Shown here piece after piece: positions 16,750-24,911 of a DNA stretch of 32,000 bases; positions within the stretch are counted from its first letter, which is position 1, and each line of letters opens with the position of its first letter. Under the pieces are notes generated by a model. The model had not been told where the DNA came from. It made no database searches and saw only the letters and a list, made by a program, of their open reading frames with translations. Origin of the DNA: Nanobdellota archaeon (GTDB lineage Archaea; Nanobdellota; Nanobdellia; Nanobdellales; Nanobdellaceae); assembly GCA_042850255.1 (NCBI GenBank), contig AP031373.1, positions 1 to 32,000 of the forward strand. The letters run 5' to 3'. The translations under genes were made by a program, and so were the position numbers.

Positions 16750-17859
16750 TTATTTATTTAATAATGCTATTGTTTCCATATGATATGTATGAGGGAATTG
16801 ATCTATTAAAATAATTTTATCTAATTTATATCCACCTTTATTTATTAAAATATCTATATCTCTTTTTTGAGTTTCTGGATAACATGAAACATAAACTATT
16901 CTTTTTGCATTAGATTCTATTATCTTTTTCATTGCTTTTTTATGTATTCCTGGTCTTGGAGGATCAATTATTATTTTATCTGCAGATATTTTTTCCATAT
17001 CTTCTACATTTTTTAATAAAAATTTTACTCCTTTTACATTATTTATTCCTTTATTTAATTTAAACATCTCTTCATTTTCTTTATTATTATCTATTGCATA
17101 TACATAATTAGAATATTTTACAACTTCTATTGAATAAAATCCAGATCCTGAATATAAATCATATATTATTTCATTTTCCTTTGGTTCTATAAAATCTCCA
17201 ACATATTTTAATAATATTTCTGCAGTATAACTATTTGGTTGATAGAAACTATTTGTAGATATATAATAGTAGTTATCTAATGCTTTTTCTTTAATATATT
17301 TATCTCCGGCTAAATTATAATTTATGTCTCCATAAGATACATCTGCAATTTTATCATTTATTGTCCAATAAAATGAATTAGCATAATTTTTTATTTCATC
17401 ATAAAATTCTAAAAATAGATTTTTATAGTATTCCAAATTTTCTGTTTTATATGTAATTATATTAACCATTCTTTCATTTGTAAATTTTCCTTCTCTAATT
17501 ACAATATATCTTACAAATCCTTTATGATTTACAGTATCCCACGGATCTAGTTTTTTATTTATTATAAATTCTCTAAATTTATTTCTAATAATATTTGATT
17601 CTTCTGATTGTAATAAACATTCATCAATATTTACATATGCATACCACTTTCCATACTCCTTTAATCCGACTTCATAATTCTTTCCTACTGCATAATCCAT
17701 TCTATTTCTATAATAAAATATTTTTGGAGATTTAATTATTTCGTCGGGTTCTCTTTTAAATATTTCAATAAATTTATTTACTTTAAATTCTATTTGTTTA
17801 TCATAAGATAAATTTTGTATTTGACATCCTCCACATTTGCCAAAGTATTTACATAACAT
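16750..17859 (-). CDS. RNA (uracil-5-)-methyltransferase, TrmA/RlmD (RumA) family, SAM-dependent with a Fe-S cysteine cluster
   Basis: The N-terminus MLCKYFGKCGGCQIQNLSYDKQ, together with a later DECLL Cys, gives the RumA-type 4-Cys pattern. FYQPN, DLYSGSGFYS (SAM motif I), IIDPPRPG and VYVSCYPET (catalytic Cys) are also present. There is no TRAM domain. Confidence 0.82.
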   Translation of the reverse strand: MLCKYFGKCGGCQIQNLSYDKQIEFKVNKFIEIFKREPDEIIKSPKIFYYRNRMDYAVGKNYEVGLKEYGKWYAYVNIDECLLQSEESNIIRNKFREFIINKKLDPWDTVNHKGFVRYIVIREGKFTNERMVNIITYKTENLEYYKNLFLEFYDEIKNYANSFYWTINDKIADVSYGDINYNLAGDKYIKEKALDNYYYISTNSFYQPNSYTAEILLKYVGDFIEPKENEIIYDLYSGSGFYSIEVVKYSNYVYAIDNNKENEEMFKLNKGINNVKGVKFLLKNVEDMEKISADKIIIDPPRPGIHKKAMKKIIESNAKRIVYVSCYPETQKRDIDILINKGGYKLDKIILIDQFPHTYHMETIALLNK

Positions 17860-18098
17860 AATATAAAAAATTATGAAAGATCTTAAATAATGAGGGACTC
17901 CTATCTTAAAATATTTAAATGGTATAAAAAATTAGAAAATTATATAAAATATTTTAAAATAAATATTATACTATATTTAATCCTTTTATTAAATAATTTA
18001 AAAATAATCGTAAGATATTTGAGAAAAAATATATTTGTACATAGATTATTTACGAATTAAAAATTTAAAATAATGGAAAATATACAGTATTCAAAAAA

Positions 18099-21000
18099 TT
18101 ATGAATAATATAGCGCATATACACCAAATCCTGATGGACTAAATGTTGTGTTAGTAGATATTACATTACCAACTCCACTAATTATTTTTTCTACTATATA
18201 ATTACCTGAAGGAATATCAATAAATGTTATATTTGCAATAGGAGATCCTATTAATAATATTCCCGAAGCAAAATTATATTGTATACTATTATTGGTTATT
18301 GTACTAGAAAATCCTGATGCATAATTAATAAATGCATTACCATTATATAATATATCAATACTCCCTGTGGATACTGTTAAATTATCTATATATCCTTGTC
18401 CATTTATTGATACTCCCAATTGTGAATTATATGAAGATATATTTGTAGCATTTCCTACAATATTTAATCCAAATACTCCTCCATATGTTATTACATTACT
18501 TATATTATTTGGTGCAGATTCGTATAATCCAAATACTGATCCTACATTTATTGTATCATTATTTACATTATTTCCTGATGATCCTAGATCTATGCCAAAT
18601 ATATTTGCAGTTATATAATTATTTAATATATTATTGTTATATCCATTATTGATTTTTATTCCAAATATATTTGCTATTACATTATTATTTTCTACATAAT
18701 TATTTATCGCATTTCCATCGAAATCTACTCCAAATATATTTGCATTAATTGTATCGTTATTTATTATCACATTTTCAGGATTTAAATCATATATTCCCCA
18801 TACACTTGCAGTAATATATGAATTTTCTATTGTAGAATTTTGGAATGTACCTGTTCCATATATTGCTCCAATATTTCCATTTATATTTGAATTATATATA
18901 TTTAATACTGATGGATTTTCTACTTGTATTGCAAATAATCCAGAATTTATATTTGAATTGTATATATTCAATGTTCCATTATCTAATCTTACTGCAAATA
19001 GATTAGTTTGTACATTTATATTATTTAATGTTACATTTGAAGATTCTACATCTATTACTGGTAATCCTGGATTTGCAGGTTCAAATAGTACATTACCTGT
19101 TCCTAATAATGTAATGTTTTTACCTTGTGGATTTATTAATAAATTGACTAAATATACTCCTGGAGTAAATACTACAACTGGAGTATTATTATTTATTGCT
19201 CCTTGGATTACTCCATTTATTTGTGTTGAAGATTCTGTAGGGGTTACATTATATACATCTACAGCATTTGATTGATAGTATATTACTTGTGGACTAGTTA
19301 TATATGTTAATCCATAGTTATTATTTGCATATATTCTATACCATAATTGATAATATTTTCCATTAAATGTTGCATATTGCTGTAATATTCCATCAAAAAA
19401 TACATCACTACATTGTGTAGAGTTTGAAACAGTTATCCATTGATTATTAGATTGATTTAAGAATTGTATTGCACAATAATCTGTTCCTAATGTATTATCA
19501 TATACATTTCCATATACTTGTAATAACCAATAATCTAACACTGTTCCATTTGATGGAGTTGGAGAAATATAGGATACATTAAATTCTGGAGGAGGTAATT
19601 GATAAATATATATTCCAGTACTATTTGTTAATCCAGTAGGAGATTGTATTGTTAATTCTATTGAAATATTTCCTCCATTTGGTATTATACTATATAGTCC
19701 TGGTAATCCGTTTGATGAATTATTATACCTTAGATATACAGTATTCGTTCCTGGATTTACATTTATTGTATATGTATTTCCATTTATTGTTACATTTACT
19801 GTTGGATAATTTGTATAAAATGTTATATTTAATGCATAATAATTACTTATTGTATTATTTGCTGGAGAAGAAATATATATTATTGGATTTGGATATACAT
19901 TTAATGTGAATATTGTTGAATTCTCTAATCCAGTTACAGTGTCTTTTCCTATAAATGTGATATTATATTGTTGATAGCTATTTACATTTGGTGCAGTAAT
20001 TGAAAATATATAACTTTCCCCTGAAGAAATATTTACTTCTGTTGGAGAACAAATTACTCCTGAAGGAGCTAGACATTCTATTGTTATATTATCTCCCAGA
20101 TTATCTGTTCCATTTACTTGTACATATATTGTTTGTCCTGAATTAACACTTGCAGATGTTTGATTTAATGTTAATGTTAAAGTTTCAACTACCACTGTTA
20201 CAGATGTAGTATTATAAGTACTTGTAACAGTATCTGTTGCTGTAATATTTACTAAATATGTTCCTGGAGATGTGTTAGATGATGCAGTTATAGTTAATGT
20301 AGAACTACTTCCAGATGATATTATATTAGAAGAAAATTTACAAGACCAACTAGAAGGTACACTACATGACAAATTTAAATTATCTTCATAGTTATCCGAT
20401 GCTGTTACTGTTATTGAAGTAGAACCACCTGGTGTTATTCCAGTATAAGGAGGATTAGTTGATACAGTTATTACTTCTTGTGGAACTGTTACTGTTATTG
20501 AAGTAGTATTATAATTACCTGTATCTACATCTTTTGCAGTAATATTTACTATATAATTGCCAGGAGTAACAGTTGTTGATGCTGATATATTTAAAGTAGT
20601 AGATCCTTCCGATGGTATTGGATTAGGAGATATTGTACATGTAAAACCTGTTGGACATGATACAGATATGTTTAAACCATATCCATAATTATCTGAAGCA
20701 GTAATTGTAGTCGTATTATACTTACCAGGTATAACTTGCACATTTGAAGAAGATACAGAAATGGTTTCTGGTGGGATATTTACAGTAATAATTGTATAGT
20801 TTGTTGCATTATTTGGAGCTGTACCAGTTACATTTACTAAATATGTACCTGGAGCAATATTATATGTAGAAGTTATTGTTAATGTTGCTGTTCCATTTGG
20901 AGTTACTGTAGATGGTGATAATGAACAACTTAAATCTGGATTATTTGTTGTACAAGATAAATTAACTGGTAAAGGATTTGCATTTGTTATTTCATTTACA

Positions 21001-21758
21001 TATATTGTTGTAGTATTTGATTGTCCTGGAATTTGAGTAATTGTTGAAGGTGAAGAAGACATGTTAAATAAAAATATTGGAAATATAAATACTGTTGAAG
21101 CTCCATACATATTTGTTGGTGTTCTCTTATTTACTCTTGCATTAACAGTTATAGCAGCATCAACTGTATAAGTACCTGGAGATAAGTCTTGACAATATGC
21201 AGCATAGACTGATGTTGCAATTCCAGAACTTGTTAAAAATATTTGAGAACATCCTGCAGGTAATGTTACACTAGAAATATATGCACCATTTCCTGTACTT
21301 CCAACAGAAATTAATATATAAACTGAAGAAGGTTCTGTCAATGTAAATGATATTGGCCAACCATAGTTAACTTGAGCATTAACACCATTAGAATAGCTAC
21401 TTGTATTTGTAACATACGTATATGAAGTAAAGTTATTTACCGTAATACCCCCAACTGTATAAAATCCAGCATTAGTAGTAATAGAACAAGAATTTGTACT
21501 AGAATAACCAACTACTGCATAATTTGAACTATTAGCTAAAACTGTAAAACTAGAAGTTAATGTAGCTCCATTTGCACTAGCTTCACATAGATATAAACTA
21601 CCTGAAGGAAGAGTTATAGATGTTGAAGCAGATGTATTACTATATCCTACTGTATATGCTCCTTCTTGAGAATGTATTGGCTTCAACAATACTAAAGTAA
21701 ACAATATTATAAATATTACAAGTATTCTTTTTATAATAGTTTTATAATTAAATTCCAT
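18099..21758 (-). CDS. Large secreted surface protein: Sec signal peptide, N-terminal beta-rich domain, 4 tandem Ig-like repeats, middle domains and a C-terminal right-handed parallel beta-helix; candidate S-layer protein or adhesin
   Basis: The ORF is 1219 aa. The signal peptide is MEFNYKTIIKRILVIFIILFTLVLLKPIHS|QEG. There are four repeats of about 97 aa with a paired-Cys pattern (...LS/VSC...xSC...PGxYxVNxT...). The PbH1-like repeats are (N)N.I..N.FGI... I counted about 52 N-x-S/T sequons by hand. There is no C-terminal TM anchor. Confidence 0.7.
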   Translation of the reverse strand: MEFNYKTIIKRILVIFIILFTLVLLKPIHSQEGAYTVGYSNTSASTSITLPSGSLYLCEASANGATLTSSFTVLANSSNYAVVGYSSTNSCSITTNAGFYTVGGITVNNFTSYTYVTNTSSYSNGVNAQVNYGWPISFTLTEPSSVYILISVGSTGNGAYISSVTLPAGCSQIFLTSSGIATSVYAAYCQDLSPGTYTVDAAITVNARVNKRTPTNMYGASTVFIFPIFLFNMSSSPSTITQIPGQSNTTTIYVNEITNANPLPVNLSCTTNNPDLSCSLSPSTVTPNGTATLTITSTYNIAPGTYLVNVTGTAPNNATNYTIITVNIPPETISVSSSNVQVIPGKYNTTTITASDNYGYGLNISVSCPTGFTCTISPNPIPSEGSTTLNISASTTVTPGNYIVNITAKDVDTGNYNTTSITVTVPQEVITVSTNPPYTGITPGGSTSITVTASDNYEDNLNLSCSVPSSWSCKFSSNIISSGSSSTLTITASSNTSPGTYLVNITATDTVTSTYNTTSVTVVVETLTLTLNQTSASVNSGQTIYVQVNGTDNLGDNITIECLAPSGVICSPTEVNISSGESYIFSITAPNVNSYQQYNITFIGKDTVTGLENSTIFTLNVYPNPIIYISSPANNTISNYYALNITFYTNYPTVNVTINGNTYTINVNPGTNTVYLRYNNSSNGLPGLYSIIPNGGNISIELTIQSPTGLTNSTGIYIYQLPPPEFNVSYISPTPSNGTVLDYWLLQVYGNVYDNTLGTDYCAIQFLNQSNNQWITVSNSTQCSDVFFDGILQQYATFNGKYYQLWYRIYANNNYGLTYITSPQVIYYQSNAVDVYNVTPTESSTQINGVIQGAINNNTPVVVFTPGVYLVNLLINPQGKNITLLGTGNVLFEPANPGLPVIDVESSNVTLNNINVQTNLFAVRLDNGTLNIYNSNINSGLFAIQVENPSVLNIYNSNINGNIGAIYGTGTFQNSTIENSYITASVWGIYDLNPENVIINNDTINANIFGVDFDGNAINNYVENNNVIANIFGIKINNGYNNNILNNYITANIFGIDLGSSGNNVNNDTINVGSVFGLYESAPNNISNVITYGGVFGLNIVGNATNISSYNSQLGVSINGQGYIDNLTVSTGSIDILYNGNAFINYASGFSSTITNNSIQYNFASGILLIGSPIANITFIDIPSGNYIVEKIISGVGNVISTNTTFSPSGFGVYALYYS
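18309..19226 (-). repeat. Coding region for parallel beta-helix (PbH1-type) repeats within the surface protein gene
   Basis: About aa 845-1150 contain iterated ~20-24-aa units such as NNDTINANIFGVDFDGNAINNYVENNNVIANIFGIKINNGYNNNILNNYITANIFGIDLG. Coordinates are derived from my manual residue counting. Confidence 0.6.
19884..21056 (-). repeat. Four diverged tandem repeats of about 290 bp (about 97 aa) encoding Ig-like domains within the surface protein gene
   Basis: The repeat units start near aa 235, 331, 429 and 526. They share the pattern xPGxxxTTTITASDNYxxxLNxSxSCPxxxxCxxSPxxxxxxGSxTLxIxAxxxxxPGxYxVNITAxDxxTxxYNTTSxTVxV. Confidence 0.65.
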
Positions 21759-21817
21759 AGAATATATAAAAACATTGGTATTAAAAGAAGTATGCTTAAT
21801 ATTAAGAATTAATCACA

Positions 21818-21834
21818 TTGATTATCAATATTGA
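21818..21834. promoter_or_regulatory. Composite palindromic motif TTGATTATCAATATTGA upstream of the surface protein gene (candidate operator)
   Basis: The motif lies about 60-76 nt upstream of the ATG at 21758 on the minus strand. It contains the perfect 10-bp palindrome TCAATATTGA and matches a site at 23115-23131 at 16 of 17 positions. Confidence 0.4.
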
Positions 21835-21858
21835 AACAAAAATAAATTAATTAAAAAA

Positions 21859-22476
21859 CTATTGTAATGATTGGTAACCTAAAGAACTACAAGATGCATA
21901 TCCTGTTGCAGGATTTACAGCACAGTTCATTAAATCTAAATATTGTGTTGGACTTATTATTAATCTAACACCCATTGTTTCATGAGTAGTTGACCAATTT
22001 ATTGTTTCATTTAAACAATTACCTCCTAATATTGTTACATTTACTTCAGCAACAGTATGAGCAGGTATTGCTTGTCCATATGATAATGTTTGATTTGTAT
22101 TTACATCATATACTGATGCAGATACAATACTAGCTAATGAAGGATTAGTTGCTAAATTTGCAAACAATGTTGGTATTGAACAGAATACATCTCCGTTTTT
22201 ATCAGTAAAGTCTAATGTCCATCCAACTAATGGTATACTTGTTGATCCTAAATTATATAAAGTAAATGATACTGTTGCTACAGTTCCAAATTCTGAATAT
22301 TCTACATCATGAATTGCAAATTGTGGTACTTGAGATTGTTGTTGTATTAATGAAACTCTTGCTAAAGCAGCTCCAGATGTTTTTAAGTAAATATTAAGTA
22401 TTACATAACTTGCTATTGTTGCAATTGCAACTAGAAATATAAAAAGAAAAAGAGTTTGAAAAGCTTGCCCTTTCAT
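21859..22476 (-). CDS. Archaellin-like / class III signal peptide protein (divergent; could be a minor archaellin or a FlaF/FlaG-like protein)
   Basis: The N-terminus is MKGQA-FQTLFLFIFLVAIATIASYVILNIYLKTSGAALARVS, with a prepilin-type KG|Q motif and a hydrophobic helix. The ORF is 205 aa and starts 1 nt downstream of the preceding archaellin gene. Confidence 0.55.
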   Translation of the reverse strand: MKGQAFQTLFLFIFLVAIATIASYVILNIYLKTSGAALARVSLIQQQSQVPQFAIHDVEYSEFGTVATVSFTLYNLGSTSIPLVGWTLDFTDKNGDVFCSIPTLFANLATNPSLASIVSASVYDVNTNQTLSYGQAIPAHTVAEVNVTILGGNCLNETINWSTTHETMGVRLIISPTQYLDLMNCAVNPATGYASCSSLGYQSLQ

Positions 22477-22477
22477 T

Positions 22478-23068
22478 TTATCCGTATAGTATTACTGTTG
22501 GATATATCATTGCAGCCGGTGTTACTCCAGATAGATCATATGGTTGTCCATTTGGTGGTATTATTGAAATTTCCCATGTTTGTGATGTTCCTAATGTTAC
22601 ATTTGCATATACTAATAATGCAGCTAAATCATTTGGTCCTAATACTCCATTATATAATAGTCCAGAATTATCTACTGAGTCATGTTCATCTAAATAGTAA
22701 TATCCTGTATAACCTGTTACTAACGATGAATTTGCTACAGCACCTCCATATGCGAATACTTCTCTTCCAGCTGGTGTATATAATAGCAATGTTGTTTCAT
22801 TTAACAATATTGGCTGTGATCCTGGTGCTAATCTTGTATATACTAAGAATTCTTGTACTGTTTGTGTTGATGTATTTACATTCAACCCTTCTACTCTAAC
22901 TATTTCTACAGTTGTACCTGATGTTTGTACAGTTTGTTGTGCCGCTGCTGCTGCATGACCTTGTGCACTAGTTGTTGCACCTATTATTACAAAAGCTGCT
23001 ATTGCTGCTGTCAATGCTGCTGCTATAAATAAGACCATCGAAGAAAAACCTGTACCTTGTCCCTTCAT
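22478..23068 (-). CDS. Archaellin-type protein (short, 196 aa)
   Basis: The N-terminus is MKGQG-TGFSSMVLFIAAALTAAIAAFVIIGATTSAQGHAAAAAQQTVQTSGTTVEIVRVEG, which follows the archaellin pattern (hydrophobic helix, then T.G..V.....G). A TTTAAAT-like element lies about 25-35 nt upstream. Confidence 0.68.
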   Translation of the reverse strand: MKGQGTGFSSMVLFIAAALTAAIAAFVIIGATTSAQGHAAAAAQQTVQTSGTTVEIVRVEGLNVNTSTQTVQEFLVYTRLAPGSQPILLNETTLLLYTPAGREVFAYGGAVANSSLVTGYTGYYYLDEHDSVDNSGLLYNGVLGPNDLAALLVYANVTLGTSQTWEISIIPPNGQPYDLSGVTPAAMIYPTVILYG

Positions 23069-23114
23069 TTTAAAATTAACATTTTCGTAATTTAAATGGA
23101 TTTGTTAATTATTT

Positions 23115-23131
23115 TTGATAATCAATATTGA
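23115..23131. promoter_or_regulatory. Composite palindromic motif TTGATAATCAATATTGA upstream of the archaellin gene pair (candidate operator)
   Basis: The motif lies about 47-63 nt upstream of the ATG at 23068 on the minus strand, immediately 3' of tRNA-Glu. It matches the site at 21818-21834 at 16 of 17 positions and contains the same perfect palindrome TCAATATTGA. Confidence 0.4.
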
Positions 23132-23206
23132 TGCCCCCGCCGGGATTTGAACCCGGGTCACAGGGACGAAAACCCTGTATCCTAGACCGGACTAGACGAC
23201 GGGGGC
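23132..23206 (-). tRNA. tRNA-Glu (anticodon UUC), contiguous, no intron, no encoded CCA
   Basis: The reverse complement is GCCCCCGTCGTCTAGTCCGGTCTAGGATACAGGGTTTTCGTCCCTGTGACCCGGGTTCAAATCCCGGCGGGGGCA. It has acceptor GCCCCCG/CGGGGGC, anticodon stem CAGGG/CCCTG with loop TTTTCGT, T-arm CCGGG-TTCAAAT-CCCGG and discriminator A. Confidence 0.92.
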
Positions 23207-23240
23207 TATTAAAAAATTAAATAAATTAAATTTAAAAAAT

Positions 23241-23480
23241 TTAACTTTCTATAATTTTAGCTACCTTTTCAACTTCTTCAATATTAAAATTTATTAATAA
23301 AACTTCTCCATAAGAAAATCCTATAACATTCTTATCTTCTTTCTTTAATGTTACTGCTTCCTCATTTTCATCAATTACTTCATAATCTTTAAAGTAATCC
23401 TTCAATTTTTTTACATCTATTTTTTTATCAAACTTTATACTATAATCACTTTTTCCACAGAGTTCATATATTCTATACAT
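23241..23480 (-). CDS. Hypothetical small protein (79 aa)
   Basis: It is an ATG-initiated ORF transcribed divergently from sufB. It is acidic/Lys-rich, and I recognise no motif. Confidence 0.35.
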   Translation of the reverse strand: MYRIYELCGKSDYSIKFDKKIDVKKLKDYFKDYEVIDENEEAVTLKKEDKNVIGFSYGEVLLINFNIEEVEKVAKIIES

Positions 23481-23485
23481 ATATA

Positions 23486-23501
23486 ATATCTATATAGATA
23501 T
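23486..23501. promoter_or_regulatory. Perfect 16-bp palindrome ATATCTATATAGATAT in the divergent promoter region between the 79-aa ORF and sufB
   Basis: The sequence equals its own reverse complement. It sits 6 nt from the ATG of the 79-aa ORF and about 31 nt upstream of the sufB ATG (23532). Confidence 0.35.
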
Positions 23502-23531
23502 ATTTTTAAAGAGGAATAACAATGTTATATT

Positions 23532-24911
23532 ATGGAATTACAGAAAAAAGAAATAAATATTGAAAAAAAGAATGTAAACTATAATATAATTATTAAAGGA
23601 CCTTTAGATGAAGAAAAAATTAAAAAAATATCTGAAATAAAAGGAGAACCTGAATGGATGTTAAATATTAGATTAGGAGGATATAAAAGATTTAAAGAAT
23701 TACCTTTACCGAATTTTGGACCAGATTTATCAAATATCAATTTTGACAATATAATATATTATGGAGCAATAACAAAATATCCAAAACCAAAAAGATGGGA
23801 AGAATTACCAGAATATATGAGAGAAACGATAGAAAAATTAGGATTGAAAAATGAATTTGAATATCTATCTGGATTAAATATACAATATGATTCAATGCCA
23901 ATATATAAAGAAGTTAAAAAATATTTAGATCAGGAAGGGGTTGTATTTTTATCCTTAGATGAAGGAATAAGAGAATATCCAGAAATAGTTAAAAAATACT
24001 TTGGAAAAGTTGTTCCTCCTGGAGATAATAAATTCGCAGCATTAAATACTGCAGTATGGTCTGGTGGTGTATTTATTTATGTACCAGAAAATGTTAAAGT
24101 TGATTTTCCTTTACATGCATACTTTTTAATTAATTTAGATTCTTTAGGTCAATTTGAAAGAACATTAATAATTGCAGAAAAAAATTCAAAAGTTACTTAT
24201 ATAGAAGGTTGTACTGCTCCAGTATATTCCTCTACTCAATTACATGCTGCAGTTGTTGAAGTATTTGCTGGAGAAAATTCAGAAGTAACTTATGGTACTA
24301 TACAAAACTGGTCAAAAAATGTATATAATCTAGTAACTAAAAGAGCAAGAGTTGGAAAAAATGCAAAAGTTAAATGGATATCTGCAGAACTTGGAAGTAA
24401 AGTTACAATGCTATATCCTGGATTAATATTAGATGATAATTCTATAGGTGAAATATATACTGTAGGATTTGCTACAGATAAACAAATAATAGATACTGGA
24501 GGAAGAATATTTGCATTAGGAAAAAATTCAAAAGGATATATAATTTCTAAATCTATATCTATAGGAAAAAATGAAAAAGCTATATCTGTAAATAGAGTTG
24601 ATATAAAAGTAAAAGATGGAGAAGCTTTATCTAAATGTGATTCTTTAATTGAAAACAAAGGAGAAACTATTTCAATACCTAGAGTTGAAAAATTTGGAAA
24701 TGGGTATTATAATCATGAAGCAAAAATGGAAAAAATAAATGATGAAAAAATATATTATCTAAAATCATTAGGATTATCAGAAAAAGAAGCTAGAAGATTA
24801 TTCTTATTAGGATTTATAGATGATATATTATATAATTTTCCAGAATCTTATAAGTTGGAAGTTAAAAGATTAATAGATTTAGAATTAGAAGAAATAGGAG
24901 GATTTGGATGA
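23532..24911 (+). CDS. sufB: Fe-S cluster assembly scaffold protein SufB
   Basis: FERTLIIAEKNSKVTYIEGCTAPVYSSTQLHAAVVEVFAGENSEVTYGTIQNWSKNVYNLVTKRA...LGSKVTMLYPGLIL...DTGGRIFALGKNSKGYIISKSIS matches the SufB beta-helix core, including the EGCTAP motif. Confidence 0.9.
   Translation: MELQKKEINIEKKNVNYNIIIKGPLDEEKIKKISEIKGEPEWMLNIRLGGYKRFKELPLPNFGPDLSNINFDNIIYYGAITKYPKPKRWEELPEYMRETIEKLGLKNEFEYLSGLNIQYDSMPIYKEVKKYLDQEGVVFLSLDEGIREYPEIVKKYFGKVVPPGDNKFAALNTAVWSGGVFIYVPENVKVDFPLHAYFLINLDSLGQFERTLIIAEKNSKVTYIEGCTAPVYSSTQLHAAVVEVFAGENSEVTYGTIQNWSKNVYNLVTKRARVGKNAKVKWISAELGSKVTMLYPGLILDDNSIGEIYTVGFATDKQIIDTGGRIFALGKNSKGYIISKSISIGKNEKAISVNRVDIKVKDGEALSKCDSLIENKGETISIPRVEKFGNGYYNHEAKMEKINDEKIYYLKSLGLSEKEARRLFLLGFIDDILYNFPESYKLEVKRLIDLELEEIGGFG

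Noticed and set aside
17860-18098. 239-bp intergenic region between the surface protein gene and the methyltransferase gene, examined for a C/D-box sRNA or other ncRNA (small GC island GAGGGACTCC at about 17892-17901)
   Set aside because: I found no RUGAUGA/CUGA box pairs on either strand, no convincing stem-loop and no repeat structure. It is most simply a terminator and promoter spacer. I cannot exclude an ncRNA without expression data.
22456-22899. 147-aa plus-strand ORF, together with the other antisense ORFs: 6702-6962, 9439-9642, 9529-9714, 10388-10666, 11153-11368, 12165-12359, 12401-12655, 13636-13920, 14095-14337, 14660-14866, 18367-18618, 18958-19275, 19649-19909, 24290-24658, 24930-25154, 25188-25532, 25572-25775, 29359-29571, 29731-29940 and 5520-5717
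   Set aside because: All lie entirely within, and mostly antisense to, well-supported genes. They have low-complexity L/I/F/Y/H-rich translations, typical of stop-poor antisense frames in AT-rich DNA. None shows a recognisable motif.
12821-23206. Near-identical 3' portions of tRNA-Asp and tRNA-Glu (TGA(T)CCCGGGTTCAA[G/A]TCCCGGCGGGGGC), considered as evidence for shared or split tRNA halves as in N. equitans
   Set aside because: Both genes are contiguous, complete cloverleaves with their own 5' halves. Asp/Glu tRNA similarity and GC-clamped stems are common in hyperthermophiles. I found no isolated GC-rich half-tRNA-like islands elsewhere in the window.
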